64,000 nucleotides of DNA from NCBI GenBank assembly GCA_046306055.1, contig JBKDXR010000016.1:6132-70131 (forward strand). The letters run 5' to 3'. The notes beneath the pieces were generated by a model. The model was not told the DNA's origin. It worked only from the letters and a program-made list of their open reading frames with translations, and searched no databases. Made by a program: the position numbers and the translations under genes. The DNA is from Flavobacteriales bacterium. Lineage in GTDB: Bacteria > Bacteroidota > Bacteroidia > Flavobacteriales_F > PHOS-HE28. Below, piece by piece: positions 28,415-36,089 of this stretch. Position 1 is the first letter of the stretch, and every line of letters starts with the position of its first letter.

Positions 28415-29433
28415 GCACATTCTGGCGGATCACCCTGGATACTAATCCAGAGGATTGCAACCTGAGCTGCACCATGTGCGAAGAGCACAGTGAGTTCAGC
28501 GATTTCATGCAACGCTTGTACGAGCGCACAGGCGTCAAGCGACGGCGCATGCCTTTCGACATGGTGCAGAAGGTGATGGAGCAGGCCGCTGCAATGGGTG
28601 TGCGTGAGATCATCCCGTCCACCATGGGCGAACCACTTCTCTACCGGCAGATGGATGAGCTGCTGGAGTTGGCCAAGGAGCTTGGCATGAAGGTGAATCT
28701 GACCACCAATGGCACCTTTCCGAAGCGCTCTGTGGAGGATTGGGCGGAGCGCATCGTGCCGGTCACTTCGGATGTGAAGATCTCGTGGAACGGCGCTACC
28801 AAGGAAACGACGGAAGCTGTGATGAAGGGCCTGAAGTTCGAGCAGGCCATCGCCAATGTGGAGCGCTTCATAGCGGTACGTGATGCACACCATGCAGCTA
28901 CAGGGCACTACTGCCGGGTGACCTTCCAGCTTACCTTCATGCAGAACAATATGCACGAGTTGCCGGATATCATCGCGCTCGCTGCAAGGCTTGGTGTGGA
29001 TCGTGTGAAGGGCCATCATCTCTGGGCACATTTCGAGGAGATCCAGCACCTGAACTTCAAGGCATCCGCCCAGACGATCGATCGTTGGAACGACATCGTG
29101 GATCTGGCCGTGGCCGCTGCCGCGAAACACCCGAGGCACGATGGAACACCTGTCCTGCTGGAGAATATCACTCCCCTGTTGCCACAGAATGGCCATGCGG
29201 TTCCCCACACCCACGAGTGCCCTTTCCTGGGCAAAGAGCTTTGGGTTTCTGCTACGGGCGACATCTCTCCCTGCTGCGCGCCGGACGACCTGCGGCGATC
29301 GCTGGGAGACTTCGGCAATGTGAGCGAACGGAGCCTAGCCGAGGTGGTGGCCGATGAAGCATACCAAGACCTGATGCGGGACTACCGCGACCGGCCGCTT
29401 TGTAGCACCTGCAACATGCGCAAGCCATGCTGA
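28411..29433 (+). CDS. radical SAM enzyme with SPASM/twitch-like C-terminal cysteine cluster
   Basis: CNLSCTMC (CxxxCxxC) radical-SAM motif at residues 16-23; C-terminal CPFLGKELWVSATGDISPCC ... CSTCNMRKPC auxiliary Fe-S cysteine pattern. Confidence 0.8.
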   Translation: MSTFWRITLDTNPEDCNLSCTMCEEHSEFSDFMQRLYERTGVKRRRMPFDMVQKVMEQAAAMGVREIIPSTMGEPLLYRQMDELLELAKELGMKVNLTTNGTFPKRSVEDWAERIVPVTSDVKISWNGATKETTEAVMKGLKFEQAIANVERFIAVRDAHHAATGHYCRVTFQLTFMQNNMHELPDIIALAARLGVDRVKGHHLWAHFEEIQHLNFKASAQTIDRWNDIVDLAVAAAAKHPRHDGTPVLLENITPLLPQNGHAVPHTHECPFLGKELWVSATGDISPCCAPDDLRRSLGDFGNVSERSLAEVVADEAYQDLMRDYRDRPLCSTCNMRKPC

Positions 29434-29951
29434 AAGTGCTGCTATTCGGCAATCTGGGGTCCGGCAAAAGCCATCTGGCCGAGCGGTTCATACAGCGCCA
29501 CCCGATCTACGAACACGTTGCCATTGATGCCTTCCGAAGGACCCACGGCGATGGAACCATGGCCGGGGAGCGCACCGCCAAGGAATGCTTCATCCTCAGC
29601 GTCCTTCCCGGTATGCCACAACTCATCGAAGCCACTGGACTTGGCGAGACCGGAGTGCTCTTGGCGGAACGACTGGATGCCATGGAAGAGCACATGCTCA
29701 TCGTGCTCCTGACCACTCCGCTTGAACGCTGTTTGACCCGACTCGAGCAGAGGATCTGGGACGTGCCTTATCCCGCACCTCCAGAGGAAGCCTTGGAGCT
29801 TGCCCGGAGGACCGATGCGTTCATAAAGGCGGGAGAAGTGGAAATGATCTGGGACAGGGCGGGGAGGACGCAACTGATCAAAGGGGATTGCTCCGATGAG
29901 CGATCCATGAACGAACTGCTGGAACGAATGGAACACCACCTGCTGAAATGA
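29427..29951 (+). CDS. small P-loop NTPase/kinase
   Basis: Walker A GNLGSGKSHL at the N-terminus; 174 aa, size and layout of shikimate/gluconate/nucleoside-kinase-like P-loop kinases. Confidence 0.65.
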   Translation: MLKVLLFGNLGSGKSHLAERFIQRHPIYEHVAIDAFRRTHGDGTMAGERTAKECFILSVLPGMPQLIEATGLGETGVLLAERLDAMEEHMLIVLLTTPLERCLTRLEQRIWDVPYPAPPEEALELARRTDAFIKAGEVEMIWDRAGRTQLIKGDCSDERSMNELLERMEHHLLK

Positions 29952-31360
29952 AACACCACAAGATCATCACCCAAGTCGAACAACGTATCGCCGCATTGGA
30001 CGGTATCGAGGCCGCCGTGCTCTATGGTTCGGTAGCAAGGGGCGAAGCGACCCCGAACTCGGACATCGACCTTGGCATCATCGTCAATGATCGGTTCGAT
30101 CGGGATGCGTTGATCGAGGCCTTTAAGGGCATGGAGCTTCAACCGGACCATGTGATGCCGGTATCGATGCGCAACAAGGTCGTTGCCTATTTCCAGGATA
30201 TGCGCATCAAATTGGAGGTGGCACTTCATCATGACCTGGCATCCTTTGGCCGCGACCTCTCAGGCTCGGTCATTCCGGAGCACCTGCTGCCCAATGCTGT
30301 GCTGCTGGACCGAACAGGCACTCTGGTGCAGCGCATCCTCGACATGAACGGCTCGGGATACAAGCCCTACTCCGTAGAGGAACTCGTGCAGAAGTTCATC
30401 TACGAGTTCGACAATCTGTCCACCTTCCACCGCCGGAGCGACGGTTACCGGGCACTCTACTTTCATCAGATCGCGCTGCATTGCCTGGTGCAACTGATGA
30501 ACATGCGCAGTAACGGCGACCGGTTCCAGTTCCTGCCCCGCAACCTGTTGGTGAACATCAAGGACAAGGAGCAGCTGCGCCGCATTTACGAGCTGAACGG
30601 ATCCATGTATCTGCCGGACATGAACCGCAAGAAGCGCGCGCTGCTGGACATGCTCTATGCCACGCTCGCAGAGTTGGCTTATCCTGAGTTGGATGAAGTA
30701 CGCTTGGTGTTGGAACGCATCTACGACAGGGACCGGCATTGGAACCTGCGTAGTGTAGGTACGCATGGCCCCATGATACGTTGGCCGAATCTGTTGCGAA
30801 GCAGCCTGCCCGCGATCATGCAGCCGGACGTATTGAGTGATCTGCTGGAGCGGAATGCAGTACACACCATCATCGACCTGCGCGCACCTCGTGAACTGGA
30901 AGAGCATCCATACGCAGAGGATGCAATATCCAATGTGCGGTATGTGCATGCGCCGTTCGACCCGTGGGCCCAACCCGATTGGTTCAAGGAGCCGGAATTC
31001 CAGCAGGGCGAGCACCAGGAGATCGCGTACCGCTTCTTTGCATTGGGCTGTCGACAGAGCATCAAGGACATCGTGGACGCGCTCATCGATGTTCCCGAGG
31101 ACATGGGCGCCATCATCCATTGCCATGCGGGGAAGGACCGGACCGGCATTGTCTGCACCTTGCTTCACCTGTTGGTCGGCGCTGAAATGGAAGATGTGAT
31201 GACCGACTACCTCGCCAGCGAATCGGACACCTATGCGCACAACCTGCAAGTGGTGCTCGATGTCATTGAACGCCAAGGGGGCATCCGGGCATACCTCGGC
31301 AACTGTGGTCTGAGCGATGCCCAGATCGATCGACTTCAACAACGCCTGAGCCATGGCTGA
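29948..31360 (+). CDS. fusion protein: minimal nucleotidyltransferase (pol-beta superfamily) N-terminal domain + protein-tyrosine/dual-specificity phosphatase-like C-terminal domain
   Basis: GSVARGEATPNSDIDLGII (GS...DxD NTase motif) at residues 27-45; C-terminal HCHAGKDRTG (CX5R phosphatase P-loop). Confidence 0.75.
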   Translation: MKHHKIITQVEQRIAALDGIEAAVLYGSVARGEATPNSDIDLGIIVNDRFDRDALIEAFKGMELQPDHVMPVSMRNKVVAYFQDMRIKLEVALHHDLASFGRDLSGSVIPEHLLPNAVLLDRTGTLVQRILDMNGSGYKPYSVEELVQKFIYEFDNLSTFHRRSDGYRALYFHQIALHCLVQLMNMRSNGDRFQFLPRNLLVNIKDKEQLRRIYELNGSMYLPDMNRKKRALLDMLYATLAELAYPELDEVRLVLERIYDRDRHWNLRSVGTHGPMIRWPNLLRSSLPAIMQPDVLSDLLERNAVHTIIDLRAPRELEEHPYAEDAISNVRYVHAPFDPWAQPDWFKEPEFQQGEHQEIAYRFFALGCRQSIKDIVDALIDVPEDMGAIIHCHAGKDRTGIVCTLLHLLVGAEMEDVMTDYLASESDTYAHNLQVVLDVIERQGGIRAYLGNCGLSDAQIDRLQQRLSHG

Positions 31361-32306
31361 GCGACCTGAGCAACTCTTCACCGGATACTGGCGCTACCTG
31401 GCCGTCCGGGCCGCCTGCAAACTGGACCTGTTCGAGCATATCGCTGCAGGGGTGCGCACTGTGCCGGGCCTTTGTGCTGCCATTTCCTGCGATCAGCGCT
31501 CCCTGGATAGCCTTGTTGGTGCGCTGGTCCATGAAGAATACCTGTTGCATAGCGAGGAGGGCCTGCGGCTATCTCTGGAAGCCCAGCGGCTTTGTGCTGG
31601 CCATCCTACTAGCGTGAAACATGCCTGCCTGCTGTGGGGTGCAGAGCACATGGATGCCTGGCAACACCTTGACGAAAGCATCCGATCGGGACAGCCGGTT
31701 TTCACGAAGCTGTTCGGCGACACCTTCTTCCGCTACTTGGACGGGCATCCAGAACGGGCCGTGGAGTATCACAGGGCCATGTTCGAATACGCGCGGCAGG
31801 ACTATGCGGGGATCGGTGAGGTCTTGGACCTATCAGCACACCGGTCGGTCATGGATGTTGGAGGTGGCAATGGGGCGCTGGTCGGGTGCTTGAGGGCAGG
31901 TCATCCGGGGGTGTCCTTCCGAATCTTCGACATCCAGGACCACCGCACAGATCATTCGCGGGATATTCTGTTCATCCAAGGCGACTTCTTCAACGCGGTT
32001 CCTGAAGGTTCGGATGCCTTGCTACTCAGCAGGGTGATCCATGATTGGGATGATGCGCAGGCGTTGCAAATACTCCGGAATTGTCACTCCGCACTACCTC
32101 GGGAGGGGGCCCTTTTCCTCATCGAGAACGACCTGTCAATGCTCGCCGACGGTGGACATCTGCTGTCGCTGAACATGCTGGCCACCTGCGGTAGTCGGGA
32201 GCGCAGCGTGCAGGAATATCAACAACTGCTGGAAGGCTCCGGATTCCGGGTCCAAGGTCTTGTCCACCATGGAAATCAGGCGATCATCAAAACTGTACGC
32301 GCATGA
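31353..32306 (+). CDS. class I SAM-dependent O-methyltransferase (small-molecule OMT family 2)
   Basis: VMDVGGGNGALV SAM-binding motif I; N-terminal dimerisation-like region; ~320 aa; no DNA-MTase DPPY/NPPY motif. Confidence 0.8.
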   Translation: MAERPEQLFTGYWRYLAVRAACKLDLFEHIAAGVRTVPGLCAAISCDQRSLDSLVGALVHEEYLLHSEEGLRLSLEAQRLCAGHPTSVKHACLLWGAEHMDAWQHLDESIRSGQPVFTKLFGDTFFRYLDGHPERAVEYHRAMFEYARQDYAGIGEVLDLSAHRSVMDVGGGNGALVGCLRAGHPGVSFRIFDIQDHRTDHSRDILFIQGDFFNAVPEGSDALLLSRVIHDWDDAQALQILRNCHSALPREGALFLIENDLSMLADGGHLLSLNMLATCGSRERSVQEYQQLLEGSGFRVQGLVHHGNQAIIKTVRA

Positions 32307-32998
32307 ACTGGCATGATATCAAACCCTCCTTGGACGGTGCGCACTTCCTTCTCGGGGGACAACCGATCTGGATCGACCGCTTCATGGCCGTTATGTCCTT
32401 CCATGCTCCTGGCGTGGCACCCGTACAGGATGTTTCCGGTTGGTACCACATTGATGCAGAAGGTTGTCCCTTGTACAAAGCGCGCTACCACAAGGCCTAT
32501 GGCTTCTATTGTGACCGTGCAGCGGTCAAGGACAAGACAGGTTGGTTCCACATCGACCTTAACGGCGATGCGTGCTATCCTGAGCGCTACGCGTGGTGCG
32601 GCAATTTCCAAGAGAATTGCTGCGCTGTACGGTCATCGGATGGATACCATCATATCGATCCGTTAGGCCGGGCGCTGTATGCGGAACGCTGGCAATACGC
32701 TGGGGATGCGCGGGATGGGGTCATTTGTGTGCAAAGCGCCGGAGAGGCCTTCCACATCCGCAAGGATGGGAGCAAGCTGTACCCGGCGACCCATCGTTTC
32801 GTGCATGTGTTCCACAAGGGCTTCGCCGTTGCGTTAGACACGTTGGGTTGGTGCCATATCGACCGATCGGGACAACCCATCCATGCGCATCGCTTCCAGT
32901 ACTTGGAGCCGTTCTACAATGGTGTGGCGGTAGCGATCGATGGGGAGGGTCGGAACGTGATGGTCAATGAGGTGGGTGAGGTGACCTTGTTGGGATAG
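32303..32998 (+). CDS. WG-repeat protein (about five ~45-aa repeats with conserved GW-[HY]-I-D)
   Basis: repeats GWYHIDAEG, GWFHIDLNG, GYHHIDPLG, AFHIRKDG, GWCHIDRSG; stop codon lies 3 nt before repeat copy 2. Confidence 0.65.
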   Translation: MNWHDIKPSLDGAHFLLGGQPIWIDRFMAVMSFHAPGVAPVQDVSGWYHIDAEGCPLYKARYHKAYGFYCDRAAVKDKTGWFHIDLNGDACYPERYAWCGNFQENCCAVRSSDGYHHIDPLGRALYAERWQYAGDARDGVICVQSAGEAFHIRKDGSKLYPATHRFVHVFHKGFAVALDTLGWCHIDRSGQPIHAHRFQYLEPFYNGVAVAIDGEGRNVMVNEVGEVTLLG

Positions 32999-33001
32999 GG
33001 C

Positions 33002-33120
33002 TACGCCGCCCACGTGAAGCGCCTGGCGATCCCCGACAAGTTCATCGAACACGGCACACAGGCGGAACTCTACCGCGAATGCGGCATCGATGCCATCGCG
33101 GTGGTGGAGGCGGTGAAGGA
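33002..33120. repeat. 119-bp direct repeat, copy 2
   Basis: identical to 25539-25657. Confidence 0.95.
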
Positions 33121-33177
33121 GATGGTGGGGGCCTCTGCTGTTGGCTTCGGCCGGGCTGCGGGTAAGAGGGGATGATC
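33002..33177 (+). pseudogene. displaced dxs 3'-end fragment (last ~58 codons with an alternative tail ...VKEMVGASAVGFGRAAGKRG*)
   Basis: reads in the dxs frame through the repeat and continues 19 codons to TGA; no start codon or upstream gene body. Confidence 0.8.
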
Positions 33178-33290
33178 CGTCACTGCCCTTCTCATTAGTG
33201 CTTCGTTAACGATGGACGCCTGCTTCAAGGAGCAATAAGCGACTATTTCTGGGCTTGTATTCACCGTATATGCGTATATATGGTGACACG

Positions 33291-34413
33291 GATTCAACTC
33301 ATAAACGCAATCGGATAGACTGACAGGAGAGCTGATGATTTCTTCAGGAGGAGGAGAGGCTTTTACCCCTCGATCCCCGCTGAATGGAGGATGCGGCCTA
33401 CCCTTGTTCTGGGGTCCAATCCGTTGCAAGAATGAGCCACATCACCGATGAGCAAAGGTGCATCATACAACGCATGAAGAAGGCCGGTCATCAGCAGAAG
33501 CGGATCGCCGAGGCCATTGGCAAGTCCGAGTCGGCGGTGAGCCGCGAGATCAGGCGCAACTGCGACCAGCGCAGCGGCGCGTAGAACGCTGACCTGGCTG
33601 CCCGCAAGAGCGCGCAGCGCAAGAAGGACAAGCCCAAGGCGGTGCGCTTCACCGCTGCCATTCGCGCTAAGGTGGAACGGCAACTGGCCCAGAAGCTCAG
33701 CCCGGAGCAGATCGTGGGCGTTGCCGTGCGCGCGGGCCGCGACATGGTCTCCCATGAGCGCATCTATCAGCATATCTGGCAGAACAAGAAGTGCGGCGGC
33801 CACCTGCACGAGCGCCTGAGCACGCGCGGTAAGCCCTACCGCAAGCGAGGCGCGGCCAAGGACAGCAGAGGCATCATCAAAGACCGGGTGGGCATCAATC
33901 AGCGGCCCACAGTGGTTGAGAGGCGCAAGCGGTTCGGCGACCTGGAGATGGACACGATCATAGGTCGCAAGCACAAGGGCGCCATCGTCACGATCAACGA
34001 CCGCGCCAGCGGGATTCTATTGATGCGCAAGGTGCCCCGCAAGGAATCTGGTCTGGTGGCCCAGGCCGCTATCGAAGCGCTGCGCCCTTGGAAACCGCTG
34101 CTGCACAGGGCCACCAGCGACAACGGGAAGAAGTTCGCCGATCATCAGCTCATCGCCCGCAAGCTCCAGTTGGACTTCTTCTTCGCCAAGCCCTACCATA
34201 GCTGTGAGCGCGGCTCCAACGAGAACCTCAACGGCCTCATCCGCCAGTACATCCCCAAGCAGACCGATTTCGACACCCTCACCGATGAGTTCATCCAGTA
34301 CGTCCAAGACCAGATCAACAGCCGACCAAGGAAACACTTCATCTTCGACACCCCGAGCAACGAGTTCAACCGACTAACCCGATGACCCAGCGATTGCGTT
34401 TATGAGTTGAATC
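33291..34413 (+). mobile_element. IS30-family insertion sequence (1123 bp)
   Basis: perfect 23-bp terminal inverted repeats gattcaactcataaacgcaatcg (33291-33313) and cgattgcgtttatgagttgaatc (34391-34413); internal DDE transposase; possible 2-bp CG target duplication. Confidence 0.85.
33432..34385 (+). pseudogene. IS30-family transposase interrupted by an in-frame TAG (33582-33584)
   Basis: HTH part (MSHITDEQRCIIQRMKKAGHQQKRIAEAIGKS...) and DDE catalytic part (MRFTAAIRAK...) are in the same frame, separated only by one TAG codon. Confidence 0.75.
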
Positions 34414-34739
34414 CGCCGGTATCAGCCTGAAGTGACCAGTCGGAAATGGGTAGTGATGCTCCTAAGGCCATTGCGAAAATGGTTGCGGTGATGAGGCAGG
34501 TTCCCCGATCGGGTCAACGCTGGACGCAGGAAAGTGGACCACTGGATCCCATTTGGTTCGTTGCCCTCTGCTGGCTGACCCCGCCATCCCTTACGCCATG
34601 ACTGCAAAACGCCGACACCTCTTTGTATTTCCGCGGAAGTGAGACGATGTGCTGTTGGGACGAGGTACCACCACCGAGTATCCTAGCTTTGCACCGAATA
34701 ATGGATGCGGAGCACTCCGCCTAAGCGGGCACTCGGTTC

Positions 34740-35321
34740 ATGGCTGAACTCATCGATACACTGCGCAACTTCGCACCATGGTCGGAGGCCGAGGCCGGAG
34801 CACTTCAAGGTCATTTCAAGGCAGTTACCGTGAAGAAGGGACAGACCCTCCTGCAGAAGGGCGACTTGTGCGACGGGATCTTCTTTATCCGAAACGGCGG
34901 GCTTCGCACATGGTTCTATGACAACAAGGGGCGCGAGGTAACGCGTTACATCGGACTACCGGGGTATTTCTGCACAACGTTGGACAGCTTCATAGAAGGT
35001 TCCGCTTGCAAAGAGAACGTCGAAGCCTTCGCCGCCAGCGAGCTCCTTTTGTTGCACCGGGACATGCACTTGGAACTTCGGCGGGGCAACCCGAAGTGGG
35101 AACGGGCTTACGTGCAGTTGATGGAATTCGGTTATGTGCTCACCACCTGGAGGCTCATCAGCACCCTGAGCCTGAGTGCCGAGGAGCGTTTCGAGGATCT
35201 GCGCGCCAGAGCCCCGCATCTCCTGCGCGAAGTGCCGGACCGCATCATTGCCAGCTATCTGGGCATGGCACCAGAGTACCTAAGCCGGTTGAAGGCCAAG
35301 GCGCTCCGCGTGAAGTCTTGA
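34740..35321 (+). CDS. Crp/Fnr-family transcriptional regulator
   Basis: cNMP-binding-like N-terminal domain and C-terminal HTH (RIIASYLGMAPEYLSRLK). Confidence 0.8.
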   Translation: MAELIDTLRNFAPWSEAEAGALQGHFKAVTVKKGQTLLQKGDLCDGIFFIRNGGLRTWFYDNKGREVTRYIGLPGYFCTTLDSFIEGSACKENVEAFAASELLLLHRDMHLELRRGNPKWERAYVQLMEFGYVLTTWRLISTLSLSAEERFEDLRARAPHLLREVPDRIIASYLGMAPEYLSRLKAKALRVKS

Positions 35322-35366
35322 CATTTTGCAAGGGCTCGGACAAGGGCAAGCCGCTAGCCTTGCATC

Positions 35367-36089
35367 ATGGCTGCGCTGCTCACCACCATCGCCAGGACCT
35401 TTCTAGCGAAGGGGCGTTTGGTCTCCGTTCAGCCGTTGAACGCGGTAGCAACGCATATCGTGCTTTGCCCCGAGCATAGGGGCCTCTGCAACGTTCGGGC
35501 TGGTTCGCAACTCGGGATCTGGACGCACGAATACGGCACAGGCGTGGGTGATGCTCGGCGCACCTATAGCGTATGGCAGTGCGACAGGCACAGCGGTGAT
35601 CTCCATTTAGCCCTTTGCCACCTCTCCGAAGGTCCTGGTCAACATTGGGCGCGAAATGTCGTTGCTGGAGATGAGGTGCTCTTCTCCAAACCGGAAGTGA
35701 AGTTCGGCTTGGCGGATGCAGCGCTGCCGGCGGTCTATATCGGTGATACGTGCGCACAGTATCATCTCTATGCGCTCCGTCGTGGGTTGCTTGCCAGCGC
35801 ACCCGGTTCCGGCATTGTTCACGCCGATGCGCCTGACCACGTTTTCTCGGACCATGAGGGGTCAACGCCTTTCGCCACGCTGGTGCAACCCGAATGGGTG
35901 GTTGACGCGTTGATCGACCGGATCGAGCACCTCGGCACGACGCGGCACGCCAACACTGTATTGCACATCACCGGTGAAGCAGGTGTCGTCAAGGCCCTGC
36001 ACGATCACCTCTATCGCAACCTCGGCATACCCCAGGCACGGATAACAGCCAAGGCGTTCTGGAAACCAGGCAGGACGCGTATGGAATAA
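35367..36089 (+). CDS. siderophore-interacting protein (ferric-siderophore reductase, FAD-binding 9/SIP family)
   Basis: 240 aa; R-x-Y-S/T motif (RRTYSVW) and SIP C-terminal region; stop overlaps the TonB receptor start (TAATG). Confidence 0.7.
   Translation: MAALLTTIARTFLAKGRLVSVQPLNAVATHIVLCPEHRGLCNVRAGSQLGIWTHEYGTGVGDARRTYSVWQCDRHSGDLHLALCHLSEGPGQHWARNVVAGDEVLFSKPEVKFGLADAALPAVYIGDTCAQYHLYALRRGLLASAPGSGIVHADAPDHVFSDHEGSTPFATLVQPEWVVDALIDRIEHLGTTRHANTVLHITGEAGVVKALHDHLYRNLGIPQARITAKAFWKPGRTRME

Noticed and set aside
26844-32998. Operon as a cyclic-nucleotide (CBASS-like) or viperin-like antiviral system
   Set aside because: The nucleotidyltransferase is a minimal pol-beta/KNTase-type, not cGAS/DncV-like, and there is no effector (no TM pore, nuclease, TIR, patatin or SAVED domain). 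The radical SAM enzyme has a SPASM-type C-terminus unlike viperins. The methyltransferase is a small-molecule OMT without DNA-MTase motifs. A defence role is not excluded but has no positive support.
25539-33120. 119-bp duplication as a pure assembly artefact
   Set aside because: Cannot be excluded without reads, but the two copies have different, in-frame downstream continuations, there is a compositional shift between them, and two older analogous loci exist in the window; all favour a real insertion.
33384-34385. Supplied track shows two separate ORFs (33384-33584 and 33642-34385)
   Set aside because: They are in the same reading frame and separated by a single TAG; together they form one IS30 transposase, so they are called as one interrupted gene.
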